In this document: piece after piece, positions 59,858 to 64,000 of the stretch
Layout: each line of letters opens with the position of its first letter
Numbering within the stretch: the first letter of the stretch is position 1
NCBI GenBank assembly: GCA_965207185.1
Contig: OZ242271.1
Location: 1,102,904-1,166,903 of the forward strand
Direction of reading: 5' to 3'
Source: Chloroflexota bacterium
Lineage (GTDB): Bacteria > Chloroflexota > UBA11872
Length of the DNA stretch: 64,000 nt
Program-made: the position numbers and the translations under genes
The notes under the pieces: model-generated
Told to the model about the DNA's origin: nothing
The model's database searches: none
Seen by the model: the letters and a program-made list of their open reading frames with translations, nothing else

Positions 59858-60071
59858 GTCAATCGCCGGTTTTCAACGCTTTGGACAACTTGTTCGTCCA
59901 ATGTTCGGTGACACGGCGGACTGCCCCAATCCAGGGCTTGGACACGGTCGAATCGAGTGGGGCCGAACGGTTGAAGCGGAGATCGCGCCGCCTTCAGGCA
60001 TCGATACCCACGTCATCCCCGGCGGTCCACAGCCCATCCACAGGCTGTACAGATGCTGGCCCACCGACGGC

Positions 60072-60716
60072 TTAGCCGGCGGCGGTCTGCAGTTCGGCGA
60101 TGCGGCTGTCGCGCCCGACCACAATCAGCATGTCGCCCTCGATCACGCGCTCGGACAGGCCGGGCGTCACGATCAACTCGTTGCCGCGCTTGATCACCAG
60201 CACGTTGACGTCGAATCGGGCGGCCAGGTTCAGGTTGGCCAGCGACTGCCCCGCAAATGGCGTGCCATCGATCTCGGTAATGCCCAGGTGCGGCAGCAGT
60301 TCAAGATAGTCCAGCATGCCCGGCGTTGAGACGCTCTGGGCCAGGCGCAAGGCCATGTCCCGTTCGGGAAAGACCACGCGGTCCGCGCCCACGCGCTCCA
60401 GGATCAGGCGGTGAACCTCACTGGATGCCTTGGCGAACACGCGCGGCACGTTCAGGTTCTTCAGGTGCGTGGTGATCAGCACGCTGGCCTCAACCTCGGC
60501 CATGGCGACGATGGCGAGATCCACGTCGGTGGCGCCAATCTCGCGTAGCACGGCCTCATTGGTGGCGTCGCCGACGACAGCCTGATCCACCACGTTTGTG
60601 GCCATCTGGACGGCCTGCTCCGAGGTGTCGAGCACGATGACTTCGTGCCCGGACTCCGCCAGCGTGCGGGCCAGGCTGCTTCCAAACCGGCCAAGGCCGG
60701 TCACAAGAATCTGCAT
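60072..60716 (-). CDS. ktrA: K+ uptake regulatory subunit KtrA/TrkA
   Basis: 'GLGRFG', 'GDAT', 'GADRVVFPERDMA', RCK_C domain. Confidence 0.92.
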   Translation of the reverse strand: MQILVTGLGRFGSSLARTLAESGHEVIVLDTSEQAVQMATNVVDQAVVGDATNEAVLREIGATDVDLAIVAMAEVEASVLITTHLKNLNVPRVFAKASSEVHRLILERVGADRVVFPERDMALRLAQSVSTPGMLDYLELLPHLGITEIDGTPFAGQSLANLNLAARFDVNVLVIKRGNELIVTPGLSERVIEGDMLIVVGRDSRIAELQTAAG

Positions 60717-60730
60717 ACGTGCGGACGGGG

Positions 60731-62179
60731 CTAGCCGACCTTGATGGCCTCCTCCGGATAGCGGACCAGCGGTTGATGCTCGCGCGTGACGAGCGCCTGG
60801 GCAAGGGTCAGGGCGCCGAGACGCCCGACGAACATCGTTCCGATCAGCACCAGCTTAGAGGCCACGGTCAGGTCGGCCGTGATTCCCGTGGAGTAGCCGA
60901 CGACGGCAAAGGCGCTCACGGCCTCAAATAGCAGGTTTGACAGTACCGTCTCGGATCCGCGCTCCGCGATGGACATGAGCACCGTGGCCAGCAGCACGGC
61001 GACGCCCGAGAGCCCGAACACGGCCAGCGCCCGCATGACCGAGTGTTGGGCAATCCGCCGGCCGAACGCTTCGGGAAAACGGCGACCGCGAATGTGCGAC
61101 ACCATCGCGATAAAGAGCACGCTGAAGGTGTTGACGGTGATCCCGCCGGTGACGGCGGCCGATGCCCCCCCGATGAACATCAGCACGATCAAGACGATCA
61201 GCGTATCGGTGTGCAGGCGACCCATGTCGATGGTCGAGAATCCGGTGGTGCGCCAGACCGCGTGGTTGAGCGCGGTGTTGGCCCGCAGGCCGAAGTCGTC
61301 GGCTGGCACGGCGCCGCCAAAGTCCGGCGAGAGCACCAGCAACAGCACAAATCCCACAATCAGGAGCGCCGGCATAGCCGTGAGCACGATGCGGGATTCC
61401 AGGCCCAGGCGTCGCCACAATCGCCGGCGCAGTACGTCGAAGATGACCATGAAGCCGATGGCGCCAATGATCGCCAGCGCCGCCAGGATGCCCACCGTCG
61501 TTGGATCGTCGACTAGCCGCGCGAAGCTGACGGAGCCCGGCTCGATGTCGAATCCCGCGTTGGTGAACGCCGAGACGGCGTGAAAGATCGACCACCAGTG
61601 CGGATGGTCCACCGACGAATCGCCGCGGACCCGGAGAAACAGCAGCACCGCCCCCACGCCCTGCAGGAACAGCGTGAAGATCGCGATGCGCCAGAACAGC
61701 CCCTTCAAGCCGCCGGGTTCTCCGCGTCCGATGTGCTGGCCGAACATCAGGCGTTCGCGGGTTGAGGTGCGCCGGCCGGCCAGCGAAAAGATGACGATGG
61801 CGCCCACGATGAAGCCCAAAGCGCCAACTTGGATCAGCGTCAGGATCACGATCTGGCCGAACAGCGACCAATGGTCATGGGTGGATACGACAGTCAACCC
61901 GGTGACGCACACGGCGGAAGTTGCGGTGAACAGGGCCACCAGCAGATCCGGCTCTTGGCCATCGGCCAGCGACAACGGCAGCGCCAGCAGGGCGGTGCCC
62001 AGGAAAATCAGGCTGGCAAAGGCGACGATGAGAATGAGACCCGGCCGAAAAGGGCCGCGACGCGCCAGGGTGGAGTCCACCTGCAGGCTCATGGCCACCC
62101 GCCGCGGCACGCGGACCACGCGGTCGCCGGCGCCAAGGGGGCGTGGGACGCCGGCGGGCCGGTGCGGCGTGTCCGGCAT
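60731..62179 (-). CDS. ktrB: K+ uptake membrane subunit KtrB/TrkH
   Basis: Pore loops 'SAVCVTGL', 'SAFTNAGF', 'RTTGF', 'VGYSTG', and 'MFVGRLG'. Start is approximate. Confidence 0.92.
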   Translation of the reverse strand: MPDTPHRPAGVPRPLGAGDRVVRVPRRVAMSLQVDSTLARRGPFRPGLILIVAFASLIFLGTALLALPLSLADGQEPDLLVALFTATSAVCVTGLTVVSTHDHWSLFGQIVILTLIQVGALGFIVGAIVIFSLAGRRTSTRERLMFGQHIGRGEPGGLKGLFWRIAIFTLFLQGVGAVLLFLRVRGDSSVDHPHWWSIFHAVSAFTNAGFDIEPGSVSFARLVDDPTTVGILAALAIIGAIGFMVIFDVLRRRLWRRLGLESRIVLTAMPALLIVGFVLLLVLSPDFGGAVPADDFGLRANTALNHAVWRTTGFSTIDMGRLHTDTLIVLIVLMFIGGASAAVTGGITVNTFSVLFIAMVSHIRGRRFPEAFGRRIAQHSVMRALAVFGLSGVAVLLATVLMSIAERGSETVLSNLLFEAVSAFAVVGYSTGITADLTVASKLVLIGTMFVGRLGALTLAQALVTREHQPLVRYPEEAIKVG

Positions 62180-62281
62180 CAGGCGCGCCTCGACTGCCGC
62201 CGCACCACGGTCCAGCCGGGCGTGGCTCGCTCCAGTTGCGACAACCTGCACCGCATCACAGCCGCGCAGTGTAGACCCGCG

Positions 62282-62311
62282 TTGACGCTGGGGCGGAGCG
62301 GCCCCTAGGCT
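62282..62311 (+). promoter_or_regulatory. Sigma-70 promoter TTGACG-N18-TAGGCT
   Basis: 30 nt upstream of the ATG at 62342, overlapped by an inverted repeat at 62308-62339. Confidence 0.55.
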
Positions 62312-62341
62312 TCGGCGACTGGCCGCCGGATCCGAAGCCGT

Positions 62342-63373
62342 ATGCCTGAGCCATCCCCCGTACGCGTTGCCATGATCGGTGTGGGCGGTATCGCCTCCAT
62401 GCACCTGGCCAACCTGCTGCGCATGCCGGAAGCCGACGTGGTGGCCCTGGCGGACATCGATCTGGCGCGCATCCCGGACACGCTTCGACGAGCCACCGCC
62501 AGGATGTCACCGCCGATCGAGCCGCCCGCCATCGAGACATTCGACGACGCCGGCCGCATGCTGGCCGCCGTCGCGCCGGACGCCGTGTTCATCACGCTGC
62601 CGCCGTTCGCTCACGGCGAGGTGGAGTACCAGTGCATCGAGGCCGGGGTCCCGATGCTGGTGCAGAAGCCGGTGGGGCTGGACATGCCAACCGTACGCGG
62701 GATCGAGCGCGCCATCGCCGAGCGCGGTCTTATCACGGCGGTGGGCTATCAGACGCGCTACAGCCAGGCCGCCGATACGGCTCGTGAACTGCTGGCGGAC
62801 CGCACCGTGGGCATGGCCATAGGTACCTATCTGGGCGGCATGCCCGGAACGCCTTGGTGGCGGGTGCAGGCGCAATCGGGCGGGCAGGTGGTGGAACAGG
62901 CGACCCACGTGGTCGATCTGCAGCGTTACCTGGTGGGCGAAATTGAGAGCATTCACACGGCCGCCGCAACCCGGTTGATGACCGACGCCCCGAATCTGGA
63001 CATCAACGACGTGTCGGCGGCGACGTTTCAGTTCGCCAACGGCGCTGTCGGAACCTTGCTCAACACCTGTGGCCTCAATGAAGTCCCGGTTGAACGCTGG
63101 GACCACGGCCTGACCATCGTGGCGCGCGACCTCTCCCTGTGGGTGTGGCACGACGGTGGCCGGATCGCGCGGCCGGGCGACGTGCGCGAGTTCTCCAACA
63201 GCACCGACTCGAAGTACCTGCTGGACGAGGCGTTCGTGCGGGCGGTGCGATCAGGCGACGCGTCGAACATCCGTTCGACGTATGCCGATGCCGTGCTCAC
63301 CTTGCAAGCCACGCTGGCCATCGAGGAGTCTGCGCGCACCGTATTGCCCGTGCGTCCAGCCGACCTGGGCTAA
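62342..63373 (+). CDS. Gfo/Idh/MocA family oxidoreductase
   Basis: 'IGVGGIA..H', 'LPPFAH', 'VQKP', 'SGGQVVEQATHVVD'. Confidence 0.9.
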   Translation: MPEPSPVRVAMIGVGGIASMHLANLLRMPEADVVALADIDLARIPDTLRRATARMSPPIEPPAIETFDDAGRMLAAVAPDAVFITLPPFAHGEVEYQCIEAGVPMLVQKPVGLDMPTVRGIERAIAERGLITAVGYQTRYSQAADTARELLADRTVGMAIGTYLGGMPGTPWWRVQAQSGGQVVEQATHVVDLQRYLVGEIESIHTAAATRLMTDAPNLDINDVSAATFQFANGAVGTLLNTCGLNEVPVERWDHGLTIVARDLSLWVWHDGGRIARPGDVREFSNSTDSKYLLDEAFVRAVRSGDASNIRSTYADAVLTLQATLAIEESARTVLPVRPADLG

Positions 63374-63409
63374 CCGAGGCGGTCGCTCGAACGCAGTTCG
63401 GTCGGCCGC

Positions 63410-64000
63410 CTACTCGTAGGCGAAGTTAGCCCGCACCGTGGCGCGGATGCGCAGTTCGCCGGCTTCTACCGGAACCGCGGCTACGGCGGGAGCGGCGGCC
63501 ATTGGCCGTGCCACGGCGAATTCGCTGCGCGCCACCGGCACAAAGATGGTGTCTTCCTGCAGCGAGATCAGGCCGCGCACGCTGCCGCGCAGCGCGTCGG
63601 CCACCGCGCGGGCCTTGTCGGCCGCGTCCAGCGTGGCCAGTCGTAGCGCCTCGGCCTTGGCCGGCCCGTCGTCCTGCAGGGTGAAGCTGATAGAGCGCAC
63701 GCTGTTGGCGCCCGCGCTCAGCGCCGCGTCCAGCACCCTGGAAGTCAACTCGATCTTGTCAATCGTGACCGTGACGGTATTAGCCGAGCGATAGCCCACC
63801 GGATCGGCCGACACGGTGCGCTGTTCAGGCGCGGCCGGCGGGAAGACCGGCGACAGGCTGAGGCCGGTCGTCTGAATCAGGATTTCGCGCTCGTCCGAGC
63901 TCACGTCGCGAATGGCTTCGATGAGCTGTTCGGCCGTTGAGTTGGCCTCGTCGGCCGCTTGTGCGGCAGTCGCAGCCGAGGCCTCGACGCCCAGCGTGAC
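63410..64000 (-). CDS. SIMPL (DUF541) domain protein, 5'-truncated by window edge
   Basis: 'IQT..LSLSP', 'GYRSAN.VTV', 'LDAAL.AGAN', 'A..DA.DKA', 'GE..I.ATV...F'. Confidence 0.85.
   Translation of the reverse strand, partial: VTLGVEASAATAAQAADEANSTAEQLIEAIRDVSSDEREILIQTTGLSLSPVFPPAAPEQRTVSADPVGYRSANTVTVTIDKIELTSRVLDAALSAGANSVRSISFTLQDDGPAKAEALRLATLDAADKARAVADALRGSVRGLISLQEDTIFVPVARSEFAVARPMAAAPAVAAVPVEAGELRIRATVRANFAYE

Noticed and set aside
59727-60071. Cobalamin riboswitch upstream of nrdJ
   Set aside because: No B12-box-like motifs seen; NrdR boxes explain the region.
62180-62341. c-di-AMP (ydaO) riboswitch upstream of ktrB
   Set aside because: The characteristic GCTGAATCC...GGAACC motifs are absent.

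Overview
A high-GC bacterial chromosomal segment. Gene content suggests a monoderm, most plausibly Chloroflexota (SAR202/Dehalococcoidia-like); this is inference only. The backbone is housekeeping and metabolic: DEAD-box helicase, recQ, a caa3 oxidase operon with a Rex box and ctaG, rpoD-type sigma, groEL, two moeA paralogs, comEA/comEC, proC, pckA, class II RNR nrdJ behind tandem NrdR boxes, ktrAB, many oxidoreductases and a partial Wzy-type glycan locus. A near-consensus parS palindrome at 53925-53940 suggests the region is origin-proximal. Several small conflict-type modules sit singly between core genes with no integrase or IS visible: a Phd-ParE TA pair, a GIY-YIG nuclease, a DUF1828-type dyad, a 680-aa Zn-ribbon orphan ending in DDLPF, an ABC-ATPase + TOPRIM-like dyad and a NucS-like nuclease. 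The most notable leads are: (1) a cupredoxin-like lipoprotein next to the oxidase operon whose type-1 Cu ligands Cys and Met are replaced by Asp and Ala; (2) an unknown 115-aa gene between the NrdR boxes and nrdJ that overlaps the nrdJ start; (3) a tandem pair of tiny coiled-coil membrane-anchored genes sharing an identical 21-bp upstream element; (4) probable ATC/CTG start codons. I saw no rRNA, tRNA or CRISPR array. All family assignments come from motif recognition by eye; no database searches were run.
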